Virus record (IMG/VR): IMGVR_UViG_3300044695_008209
Span: 1 to 64,000 of that record
Reading direction: 5' to 3' (one strand)
DNA: 64,000 bases
Source: a virus
Notes under the pieces: generated by a model
Seen by the model: the letters and a program-made list of their open reading frames with translations, nothing else
Databases searched by the model: none
What the model was told of the DNA's origin: nothing
Program-made: the position numbers and the translations under genes
Shown here: piece after piece, positions 28,691 to 36,302 of the stretch
Layout of the letters: every line of letters begins with the position of its first letter
Numbering within the stretch: the stretch's first letter is position 1

Positions 28691-29196
28691 GTGGCACCCA
28701 CGTTCAGCAGGGCGAGCGCCAGGTCGGACGGGATCCACAGGCCGTCCGGGGAGGCCGGGTCCCGCTGGCGCATGCACTGGACGAGGAGGGAGCCGCCGGC
28801 GAGGATCTGGCGCGCGATCGTCTCGTTCAGGGCCCACAGGTTCTCGAACATGAGCGCGACGTCGCGCTCCGGGTACTCGGCGAGGGCCGGGAACCGCTCG
28901 CGAACAGCGCGCAGGTGGGCGGCCTGCTCCAGCGCGGGGCTCGGCACGGGGTTGTCCTCGCGGAGCAGCTCCAGGACCTCCGCCGCGGTCTCCTCGACCT
29001 CGAGGTAGAAGCACGCGGGTCCGCCCGCCACGAGGGGGATGCCGCCCGAGCCCGGGTACAGCGTGAGGCACGTGGGACGCGGCGGGGAGCACTGACTGTT
29101 GTCGAAGACGAGCGCGACGCTCCGCGGGGACAGGTGGATGCGGGCGCCGCCGAGCAGGGAGAGCCCGATGGTTCGGGGGCGGGACGGGAAAGACAT
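28687..29196 (-). CDS. hypothetical protein (169 aa)
   Basis: CATAAG-GAGGTCAAC-ATG. Confidence 0.65.
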   Translation of the reverse strand: MSFPSRPRTIGLSLLGGARIHLSPRSVALVFDNSQCSPPRPTCLTLYPGSGGIPLVAGGPACFYLEVEETAAEVLELLREDNPVPSPALEQAAHLRAVRERFPALAEYPERDVALMFENLWALNETIARQILAGGSLLVQCMRQRDPASPDGLWIPSDLALALLNVGAT

Positions 29197-29213
29197 GTTG
29201 ACCTCCGAAGCCC

Positions 29214-29693
29214 TTATGCGCGGGACCGGAGGGCTCTTGCGTGCTCGCCGGGGTGCAGCACGTACCCGCCGCCGCGGAGCTCGGGCCACAGGTAGGGGAG
29301 GTCCGGGGGCGTGTCGGGCCACAGCAGGCCGTAGTGCGCGGGGTCCTTGCGGCGGAGGTTCGACTGGTGCGCGCGGTGGAAGGAGGGGTCGCCGACCCAC
29401 GGCGGGAGTTCTTCCGGCTCGGTCAGGTCCGCGAGCGCGGCGGTGATCTTGTCGGCGCAGGTGTCTTGATAGCCGCGGCCGGTCCAGGTCTCGCACACCA
29501 CGAGGCCGTAGAAGCAGAGCGCCGGGCGGTGTCCGGCCCACATGCGCGCCGCGGGGTGGTTTCGCCAGCCGGCGCCGTCCGGACCCAGGGCCTTGAGCAG
29601 CTGGAGGACCTCGACGCGCTGCTTGCCGAGGCGCTGCCGGTCGAGCGCGGCCGCGGACGCGTCGAAGGATGGGTAGGGGAGGAAGGTCTGCAC
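29214..29693 (-). CDS. MSMEG_6728-family / pyrimidine-dimer glycosylase (DenV)-like protein
   Basis: MQTFLPYPSF...LDRQRLGKQRVE...HPAARMWAGH...HRAHQSNLRRKDP. Confidence 0.85.
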   Translation of the reverse strand: MQTFLPYPSFDASAAALDRQRLGKQRVEVLQLLKALGPDGAGWRNHPAARMWAGHRPALCFYGLVVCETWTGRGYQDTCADKITAALADLTEPEELPPWVGDPSFHRAHQSNLRRKDPAHYGLLWPDTPPDLPYLWPELRGGGYVLHPGEHARALRSRA

Positions 29694-29781
29694 GGGCGAC
29701 TCCGGGGAGTGCAGGCTTATGCCCGAACGCGCAGGTGCATTGGGCTAAACGGACAGTCCCCCGCGGGGGACTGTCCTCTGC

Positions 29782-30111
29782 TCACGACTCCCGGTCCCCG
29801 AGGAAGTCGGCGGAGGGCATCGTGCGCGTGAAGCGCTTGATGCCGGCCTCGCGGTTCTTCTCGACGGTGCCCAGGTCGTCAACTGCACCGAAGGCCGCGA
29901 ACGCGGACCGCCGGAACTCGTCGACGCTGGTCCGTGCGCCGGTGGCTGCAGTGATGGGGAACACGCGCTCCACCTCCTGCCCGTACTTGCCGAACAGGAC
30001 GATGCAGTGCTCGTTCCGGCCCAGGCCGTTGGAGGGCCACCGCTGCTTGATCCCGAACCGGACCACGATGCCGCCGGCGTCGAGGGTGTCCTCAACGAAC
30101 TCGGCGCTCAC
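29782..30111 (-). CDS. hypothetical protein (109 aa)
   Basis: GGAG upstream, GTGA overlap. Confidence 0.65.
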   Translation of the reverse strand: MSAEFVEDTLDAGGIVVRFGIKQRWPSNGLGRNEHCIVLFGKYGQEVERVFPITAATGARTSVDEFRRSAFAAFGAVDDLGTVEKNREAGIKRFTRTMPSADFLGDRES

Positions 30112-30500
30112 AGAGCACCGCCGATCTGCACCGCGCGGCGCACCGTGCGCTTGTCGGTCTCGAATGCGAGGGCGTCGACGACGTCCTCGAAGCGCACCGG
30201 GTCGATGACGTGCCGGTGGAGCAGGATCGCCGCGTTGGTCTGGCCGGCGCCGAACGTGAAGCAGGCAACGAGCTCCGCCGCCTGCGCGCAGGTGAAGCGG
30301 GGTTGCGCGGCGCACACCATGCGCAGGGCGTCGAAGCGCCCGCTGTCGAAGCTCTGGTTGTCGACGGCGCGCAGGATGCGCCGGAACGTGACGAGGTCGA
30401 TGGCAGCCCGGGCGTTCTCCGGGGAAAGGGGTGGCGGCACCGGCGCGGACGCGGTGATGAAGTTGACGACGAAGAGGGGGAAGTTGGCGTAGAGAGACAT
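30108..30500 (-). CDS. DUF4476-like protein
   Basis: SFDSGR...FTCAQAAELVACFTF...VIDPVRFEDVVDALAF. Confidence 0.7.
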   Translation of the reverse strand: MSLYANFPLFVVNFITASAPVPPPLSPENARAAIDLVTFRRILRAVDNQSFDSGRFDALRMVCAAQPRFTCAQAAELVACFTFGAGQTNAAILLHRHVIDPVRFEDVVDALAFETDKRTVRRAVQIGGAL

Positions 30501-30592
30501 GTTCACCTCAGCCTCCTTATGTCCGGATCCTGCACGGGTTTCATCCACTGCCTCCAGCGCCTCAGCTAAAGGGGCGAGCCCCTGGGGGGTGC

Positions 30593-30982
30593 TCACCCGC
30601 GGCCGACGGGCCCGAGGAGCCCACCCTCGTCCTCGGGGACGCTGGCGAACCTCTCGAGGAGCTGGAGCAACTCCAGCTCGGCCTGCCGACCGCCCCAGGC
30701 GGCCAGGGACTCGACCGGGGCGGGGAGCCTGAGACCCCTCGCCTCGCGGGCGATGAGCTTGAAGACCAGGTCCTCGACGTGGAGGGCCGCGGCCTCCACG
30801 TCGCCATCCCCGAGGGGGAAGAGCTCCTCCCCCGCCCACTGCACGAAGTGGGCATGGACGAGTTCGAGATCCTCCGGCACGCGGGGGAGCTCCGTGACCT
30901 CACGGAGCGCCTGCCGCAGCTCGGCGACGGGGATGACCTCGCGCTTCGCCCAGCGCTCGGCCATCTGCTGGATCATGGACAT
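30593..30982 (-). CDS. hypothetical protein (129 aa)
   Basis: GAGGTGAAC-ATG. Confidence 0.7.
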   Translation of the reverse strand: MSMIQQMAERWAKREVIPVAELRQALREVTELPRVPEDLELVHAHFVQWAGEELFPLGDGDVEAAALHVEDLVFKLIAREARGLRLPAPVESLAAWGGRQAELELLQLLERFASVPEDEGGLLGPVGRG

Positions 30983-30994
30983 GTTCACCTCGAA

Positions 30995-31377
30995 GTTGGA
31001 AGGGAAGCCGATGCTCTGGGCGACCCCAGAACGTGCTCGGCAAACACACCACGATGCGCCTCGTGTAGCCCCCAGACCGGGGGTCAGGTTGTTCCCAGCC
31101 TCGTGGCAGCGCGAGCATCCTCGCCTGACTCGCGCCACAGGATCCCTCCTGGATCCCAGACTTTCGCCCCCGCTTGTCTCGGCTCGGGGTGAGCCTACCG
31201 GCGTACGTTTGCCCTGCTCCTTCAGTCGAGTCAGGGACTCCTCGAGACGTCTCTCGAGGCACCACTGCATCTCGCAGCGTTCGTTCCGATAGCCCGGCGA
31301 GGTGGTCAGCCCCATTCTCGCCCCAGGCATGGCACAGCAGCGTTGTTCACCTCCGAAGATGAGTGTAGAAGTCTGCT
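30995..31377 (-). ncRNA. long structured 5' leader / ncRNA candidate
   Basis: Follows CATAAG (31384-31389); cUUCGg and GNRA loops; 9-bp long-range pair CCTGACTCG/CGAGTCAGG (31227-31235 with 31124-31132). Confidence 0.5.
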
Positions 31378-31503
31378 ACCTACCTTATGGCGTAGAACCT
31401 GCGGAGTTTCCCCTAAATGGACGCGCCGGGTGGGAGGTAACGAGAGGATGCAGCGACTTTGTCGGTCTGCATCGTTCCCGCCCACCCTCACGTCGAGAGG
31501 ACC

Positions 31504-32076
31504 TCAGACCCCCTCGACCACGTCGAGGAGCTCCAGGACCCAGCCGCGGTGCGCGACGCGGCTGCGCTCGAACCGCACCTGCTCGCGCAGGTGCGAGCGC
31601 AGGTCCGGACGCACGTCGAGCACCGAGGCCACCTGCGAGAGCACCTCCTCCGCCACTCGCTGCGACCCAGAGTGCTCGACGAAGGCCTCCGCGGCCTCTA
31701 CGAGCCACACTGCCTCGACGAACCACAGGTCCGTCGAGAGGAGGGTCTCCTCCGATCTCGGCAGCTGCAGGAACTCGGCCTCGTAGAAGCCGAGCATCCG
31801 CCCGGCCGCCAGGTGGTCGAACAGAGCCGAGCCCGCCTCGGGCCCGACATCATCCCGCCATCGGAGAGCAATCTCCGCCTCCCCGCGCCACCGCGGGGAA
31901 CGACAGACGTGCTCCCTGTACAGGTCGTACAGGTAGACGGCACGCGCCCGCGCCAGCGCCGCGCGGAGCAGATTGTTCAGCTCGGCAACGGAGTCCACGG
32001 GCAGGCCGAGCGGCTCGGTGCGGGAGAGGCTCTCCGCGTGGCGGAGGGTCTCGCGGGCAGAAGGGGAGAGACGCAT
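31504..32076 (-). CDS. hypothetical protein (190 aa)
   Basis: Full cassette start. Confidence 0.75.
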   Translation of the reverse strand: MRLSPSARETLRHAESLSRTEPLGLPVDSVAELNNLLRAALARARAVYLYDLYREHVCRSPRWRGEAEIALRWRDDVGPEAGSALFDHLAAGRMLGFYEAEFLQLPRSEETLLSTDLWFVEAVWLVEAAEAFVEHSGSQRVAEEVLSQVASVLDVRPDLRSHLREQVRFERSRVAHRGWVLELLDVVEGV

Positions 32077-32123
32077 GTTCACCTCACCATACTTATGCCC
32101 AGAATCGGCCGGGGTTTGAGCTA

Positions 32124-32269
32124 AGAAACGGGGGTGGGAGAGGGGGTTTCAGCTGCTCGCGCAGTTTCGCAGTGTGCACCACACCGAGCCGAGTTGCCGG
32201 GGCGTCCCCCGGCGTGTGGACGCGCATCTCTGCGCGTCACTCCTCAGCAGCCCCTCTCCCGGCGTTTCT
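32124..32269. repeat. 146-nt multi-stem inverted-repeat element abutting TTAGC
   Basis: AGAAACG/CGTTTCT, GGGAGAGGGG/CCCCTCTCCC, CTGCT/AGCAG closing stems; internal GACGCGCA-GAGA-TGCGCGTC and GCCGGGG-GAC-GCCCCGGC hairpins. Confidence 0.7.
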
Positions 32270-32339
32270 GACTGGGGCCCGCGCGGACCCCATCCCTACT
32301 CCGCCAGTGCCGCCCTTCCGGGCTTCCCGTTTCCCCACG

Positions 32340-32579
32340 TCACCACGCAGGCCCCTCGTGGACGTTGCCCTGTCCCAGACCGTGCTGGTCGAAGCGCACG
32401 CCCTGCTGCAGCATCCAGGGCAGGCTCGACAGCACCTCCGCGAGGAAGAGGCTGCCGCCCGAGTCGGGCTCCCCCGGCGCCCACTCGAAGGTGCCGGGGT
32501 CGTCCTCCTTGTACTTCGCCAGCGGGCGCGGCTTGCCGGCCGGGTCCGTCAGGTCGTAGGTGAGCCAGAGGTAGGTCAC
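32340..32579 (-). CDS. hypothetical protein (79 aa)
   Basis: GTGA overlap. Confidence 0.6.
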   Translation of the reverse strand: MTYLWLTYDLTDPAGKPRPLAKYKEDDPGTFEWAPGEPDSGGSLFLAEVLSSLPWMLQQGVRFDQHGLGQGNVHEGPAW

Positions 32580-32935
32580 GACCCGCCCTCATCGAGGGTG
32601 TGGCAGTTCGGCCGGTGCCGGCCGCGCGTTCCACCACACAGGCAGGTCGGCGGGCCCTCGTCCTCACGCGGGAGTGGCGCCGTCAGGAGGCTCGACATCG
32701 CCAGGAGGAGGCCGAGTCTGCCCCCACCGCGGCGCCCGGGCTCCCCGATCTCCACCACGCGCCGCGGTGGGGGCTCCACCTTGGGCGGGACTGGCGCGGG
32801 CATCGACTCCCCCGGCGCGTGATACCCGGTGCACGTGCACCCCTCGACGGGACACGCGTGTTCCTGCGGGAGCGCGCGGTGCTCGCCGCGGCGGTGCCCG
32901 CAGCCGCAGAGCGCCCGGAGTTCGCGGGACGTCAC
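32576..32935 (-). CDS. hypothetical Cys/His-rich protein
   Basis: CGCGH..H...C...C.C and CLCG...H...CH clusters; GTGA overlaps. Confidence 0.55.
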   Translation of the reverse strand: MTSRELRALCGCGHRRGEHRALPQEHACPVEGCTCTGYHAPGESMPAPVPPKVEPPPRRVVEIGEPGRRGGGRLGLLLAMSSLLTAPLPREDEGPPTCLCGGTRGRHRPNCHTLDEGGS

Positions 32936-33360
32936 TCCGCACCCCGCACGCAGATGCCCTGCTCGAAGAGCCACGCCTCGTCGACGATGAAGACGCCTGC
33001 GAGCTCGAGCGCCGCGCGCACCTTCCGCACCTTGGCGAAGTTCCCGCCGCCGATGAGGAAGACCCGGTCGTAGCCGGTCCCGTAGTGCTCGAAGATCCGC
33101 CTCCACGTCTCCAGGCGCTTCTCGAACTTTCGAGCCGCGTAGAGCCCCAGTCCGGGCAGGATCGGCATCCAGCCGATCGGCCACCCCCGCGCGTGCAGGT
33201 GGGCCAGGCCCAGGCACATGACGTCGGACCACTCCTCGCGGATGCCCGACCAGCTGCGCGCGACGAGCTCCACGCGCAACTCCTCGCACTCGCCCTTCCA
33301 GTACGCGAAGGTAACGGGGCCAGCGAGGACCTCGTGCACCAGGTGGTTGACAGTCAGCAT
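32932..33360 (-). CDS. MazG-like NTP pyrophosphohydrolase-fold protein
   Basis: GECEEL...IREEWSDV acidic motif; full cassette start. Confidence 0.5.
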   Translation of the reverse strand: MLTVNHLVHEVLAGPVTFAYWKGECEELRVELVARSWSGIREEWSDVMCLGLAHLHARGWPIGWMPILPGLGLYAARKFEKRLETWRRIFEHYGTGYDRVFLIGGGNFAKVRKVRAALELAGVFIVDEAWLFEQGICVRGAE

Positions 33361-33400
33361 GTTCACCTCACTCCTCTTATGCCCGAAGAAGGCCGTATCT

Positions 33401-33450
33401 TGGCTAAAAGAGCGCGACCACCACCGTACTCCCTTCCGGTGGTGGTCGCG
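33401..33450 (-). terminator. intrinsic terminator-like hairpin
   Basis: Perfect 14-bp stem 33413-33426/33437-33450, 10-nt loop, then CTCTTTTAGC on minus strand. Confidence 0.8.
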
Positions 33451-33466
33451 TCTTGTCCTGAAGTAG

Positions 33467-33694
33467 TGGAGGGGAGGGGACTCGAACCCCACTCGCCCGC
33501 TTCGTTCCGACCAGTTAGCCGCTCTTCGCCCCCCTGCAGGGATTCAAGATGCTGGTCCAGCGCCTCACTCAGAGCTGCGCAGACCGCGATGCGTGATTTA
33601 GGCGTGAGTCTCGACCGACTTCCTCGGTCCTCAGTTCGTGCGAGCCTCGTGTCCGTCTATTAGGACGTCCGGCACCTGCACGGATTCCCCCTCC
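33467..33694 (-). ncRNA. 228-nt tRNA-shaped RNA with ~150-nt insertion (tRNA/tmRNA-like)
   Basis: Acceptor GGAGGGG/CCCCTCC+A; D arm TCCG/CGGA with GG; CGTC-CTAATA-GACG arm; T arm GGGG-TTCGAGT-CCCC; own promoter and terminator; no encoded CCA. Confidence 0.7.
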
Positions 33695-33712
33695 AGCACA
33701 CTTATGCCCGAA

Positions 33713-34156
33713 CTACGCGGCGTTTTCCACACGGAAGGTGCCGTCCGGCCAGACGATGAAGACCGGAATGCCGCGCTTCCTGGCCCTGCGGATCGTCGAC
33801 CAGGTGCCCGACCGGAGCTCTTCCTCGAACCCCGCCGGCGCGGCGATGAGGACGTCGCTCTCATCCACGATGTCCTGATTGCGGTCCAGGGGCGGCTTCG
33901 GGGGCCTCTCGCTGAGGTAGTACGGCAGCGCGTCGTGCCACTTCAGGCAGTTCGCCCGCTTCGACGGGATGTCGCATGGGTGCGCGATCACGTTGATGCT
34001 GCGGACGCCGCACAGGTAGTCGAACTCCCCATCGGCGCCGACGCAGTCGCCGTGCCGCGCGAACGAGATGTCCTGCGTGTCCGAGAGCATCTCGCCCACG
34101 CGGAGCTTCTGGGCCCCGGTCATGCCCTTCTGGGTCCCGGTGAACCCGACGATCAT
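33713..34156 (-). CDS. SLOG-superfamily (DprA/YspA-like) nucleotide-binding protein
   Basis: IVGFTG...HGDCVGAD...LDRNQDIVDESDVLIA...SGTWSTIRRARKRGIPV. Confidence 0.8.
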   Translation of the reverse strand: MIVGFTGTQKGMTGAQKLRVGEMLSDTQDISFARHGDCVGADGEFDYLCGVRSINVIAHPCDIPSKRANCLKWHDALPYYLSERPPKPPLDRNQDIVDESDVLIAAPAGFEEELRSGTWSTIRRARKRGIPVFIVWPDGTFRVENAA

Positions 34157-34476
34157 CGGCCGCCCGGCGGGGAGTCGAACTCCGCGACGTCGCAGCGGTC
34201 CCAGTCACCGCAGGAGTTGTTGGCCACCAGGATCGCGACCAGCTTCCAGCGGTAGGGGCCGTAGATTCGGGTCTCGACCTCGGGATTGAAGAAGGGCGGC
34301 GTTACCTTCTGGTGCCGGATGTACCAGCGCGGCGCCGGCAGGCGTGCGAGGAACCTGTGCTTGAGCCCGCGGAAGTACCCGAGGACGAGGGACCAGAGCA
34401 CCGCTCCGGTCGAGAACAGGAAGGAGGCGAAGGCGAACTCGCCGTGGTCGTTGTGCAGGTGCTGGAGCCAGTCCAT
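34153..34476 (-). CDS. small membrane protein
   Basis: Hydrophobic FAFASFLFSTGAVLWSLVLGYF; TGATG overlap. Confidence 0.6.
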   Translation of the reverse strand: MDWLQHLHNDHGEFAFASFLFSTGAVLWSLVLGYFRGLKHRFLARLPAPRWYIRHQKVTPPFFNPEVETRIYGPYRWKLVAILVANNSCGDWDRCDVAEFDSPPGGR

Positions 34477-34850
34477 CAGAGTTTCCTCCCTGCGAGCGCT
34501 GTCTCGAGCACCTGGAAGTGCCCCGTCGCGCGCAGCGCGTACTGCTGGACCCCGCGGTCGTTGACCTCGGTGTCGCCCATGTACTGCACGAACGTGGCTG
34601 CCGCACTCCTGAGGAGGTCGTAGCCCTCCAGCCGCGCGACAGCGTCGTGCTCGCCCGCGAGTGCCGCGTACTCTTCGTCGGTGATGAGCCCGGCGTCGTG
34701 CAGTGCACCGCGCTGGTGCCGTACCAGGTCGTGCTCGCGCTGCTGCGCGTCGAGGCGCGCGACCGCGCAGTTGTGGTGACCCTGCTCGCGCCAGCACCCC
34801 TCGAAGTGGGTCTGTCCGGGGTTCTCCGGGTAGGGAAACTTGGTGCCCAT
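34476..34850 (-). CDS. hypothetical protein (124 aa)
   Basis: GGAGG RBS. Confidence 0.7.
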   Translation of the reverse strand: MGTKFPYPENPGQTHFEGCWREQGHHNCAVARLDAQQREHDLVRHQRGALHDAGLITDEEYAALAGEHDAVARLEGYDLLRSAAATFVQYMGDTEVNDRGVQQYALRATGHFQVLETALAGRKL

Positions 34851-34988
34851 GGGGCCTCCGTGAGAGTGAAGGGGAGGTACCGAACGAGCAGGAGGGACGG
34901 CCCTTGGGGGCCGTCCCTCCTGCTGCCCTCTACTGGCCCGGCAGGCCCGCGCGGATCTTCGGCGTGCGGAGACTGGAGGGTGGAGAGA

Positions 34989-35618
34989 TCAGCCGATCGA
35001 GATCTGGCCGGGGAAGAGGCAGACCTCGGGCGAGCGAGACGCGGCCCACGTCGCCACGTCGGCCAGGAACGCCGCGCGCGCCGCCCGGTAGTCCGTCTGG
35101 ACCCCGAGGCGGACCCCGTTCGTCTGGGCCTTCACGACCACCGTGGTCGTGACGCCGTTCTTCTCGGTCGACCATGTCCAGCTCGACCGCGTCGCGTTCT
35201 TCTTCCGGGTGGTCGAGCTGTTGTCCTCGTCGTCCTCCTCCTCGCTGACCTCGATGGTCTCCTTCGAGACCTGGATCTTGGGGAGATTCTCGGGGCAGCC
35301 GAGTCGCTCGAGGAGGCGCTTCACCTCGGGCCGGTTCGAGTCCCCCTCGGCCTTGTGCACGCCTCCGTCGTCGACGGAGCGGTCGCGGTATCCGCCGTCG
35401 TACACGGCTTCCGCGTGGAGGACGCGGAGGGACACGCGGCGCTCCCCGTCCGCGTTGCGCTCCAGGAACGTGATCTGGGTGGCGAGGGAGCTGCTCTCGT
35501 GGAACAGCATCATCCCTGGGCGGTGGTGCGCGCTCAGGATGTCGGCAAGCGCGCCGGCAGCGGGCGCACCGGTGGTGTTGATGGTGATGTCGCGGGGACG
35601 GGGAGAAGACGAGGACAT
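34989..35618 (-). CDS. hypothetical protein (209 aa)
   Basis: CATAAG at 35658; 16-bp hairpin downstream (~34877-34924). Confidence 0.75.
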   Translation of the reverse strand: MSSSSPRPRDITINTTGAPAAGALADILSAHHRPGMMLFHESSSLATQITFLERNADGERRVSLRVLHAEAVYDGGYRDRSVDDGGVHKAEGDSNRPEVKRLLERLGCPENLPKIQVSKETIEVSEEEDDEDNSSTTRKKNATRSSWTWSTEKNGVTTTVVVKAQTNGVRLGVQTDYRAARAAFLADVATWAASRSPEVCLFPGQISIG

Positions 35619-35794
35619 GAGTGGACTCCTGAGCCGGGTAGTGGATGGCTCAAGGTGCTTATGTCCGGGAACATCGACGTTTGCAGGCTAAGAAACAGGG
35701 TGGTCGTGGGGGCGATTGAAGTGCCCCCGCGCCGCCTACCCGTCAGCAGCCGAGCGCAGCTAAAGAGGCGGACGGGGTCGTGCCGTCGCCCCCG

Positions 35795-36154
35795 TCAGCG
35801 ACTCTCCTCTCGCAGCCACTCGGTGAGGGCCGCGATGCCGAGCTCCACCCCGTCATCGTAGAGCCGGTTCCGGCAGGTCTCCCATAGGTCAGCCACGGCC
35901 CTCCCCACCTCGGCCTCCGTCCAGGAGGCGACAGGATCACGCTCGTCGACCTCCCGCAGGTGCGCCCAGAGCGTCCCGCTCTTCGAGCTCTGGGTGAGCT
36001 CGATGTAGAAGGTCGCCTTCGCGTCGAGACCCAGGATGATGGACCCCTCGTCTACCCCCCGAACGGGAGAGACTTTTCCGCCCTCTACGGCGTCCCGAAA
36101 GACGCTGAGGATGGCCCGCATCTCTGCGGGCCCGTCCAGGTAGGAGCCGCTCAT
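35795..36154 (-). CDS. hypothetical protein (119 aa)
   Basis: ATGA overlap. Confidence 0.7.
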   Translation of the reverse strand: MSGSYLDGPAEMRAILSVFRDAVEGGKVSPVRGVDEGSIILGLDAKATFYIELTQSSKSGTLWAHLREVDERDPVASWTEAEVGRAVADLWETCRNRLYDDGVELGIAALTEWLREESR

Positions 36155-36285
36155 GGCGACCCCAGGACTGAGGCCTGCCAGGCGATGATCGCCCGGTCGA
36201 CTTCGCGGGTGTCCGTCACGAGGTAGAAGACGAAGAACGCGGCCAGAGCCGTGCTCACCAGGAAGCCGAAGAAGTCACAAAGCAT
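36151..36285 (-). CDS. small membrane protein (44 aa)
   Basis: Full cassette start; FFGFLVSTALAAFFVFYLV. Confidence 0.65.
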   Translation of the reverse strand: MLCDFFGFLVSTALAAFFVFYLVTDTREVDRAIIAWQASVLGSP

Positions 36286-36302
36286 GTTCACCTCCGTGCT
36301 TC

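Noticed and set aside
31170-31220. c-di-GMP-I (GEMM) riboswitch
   Set aside because: Only CAGGGCAAAC matches; the GAAA tetraloop and GACGCAAAG elements are not in the required spacing.
32150-32250. Hammerhead ribozyme
   Set aside because: CUGAGGA and CGAAAC are present, but the U16.1 position is C and stem I does not pair in either topology.
33467-33694. RNase P RNA (GAGGAAGTCG ... CGGCTAA resembling P4)
   Set aside because: The AGTCG strand is better explained by the local GACCGA/TCGGTC hairpin, other conserved regions are missing, and the ends are tRNA-like.
33467-33694. Standard tmRNA
   Set aside because: A3:U70 rather than G3:U70, true D stem, short length, and no convincing resume codon or ALAA-type tag. 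The best frame gives ASRSAQL*.
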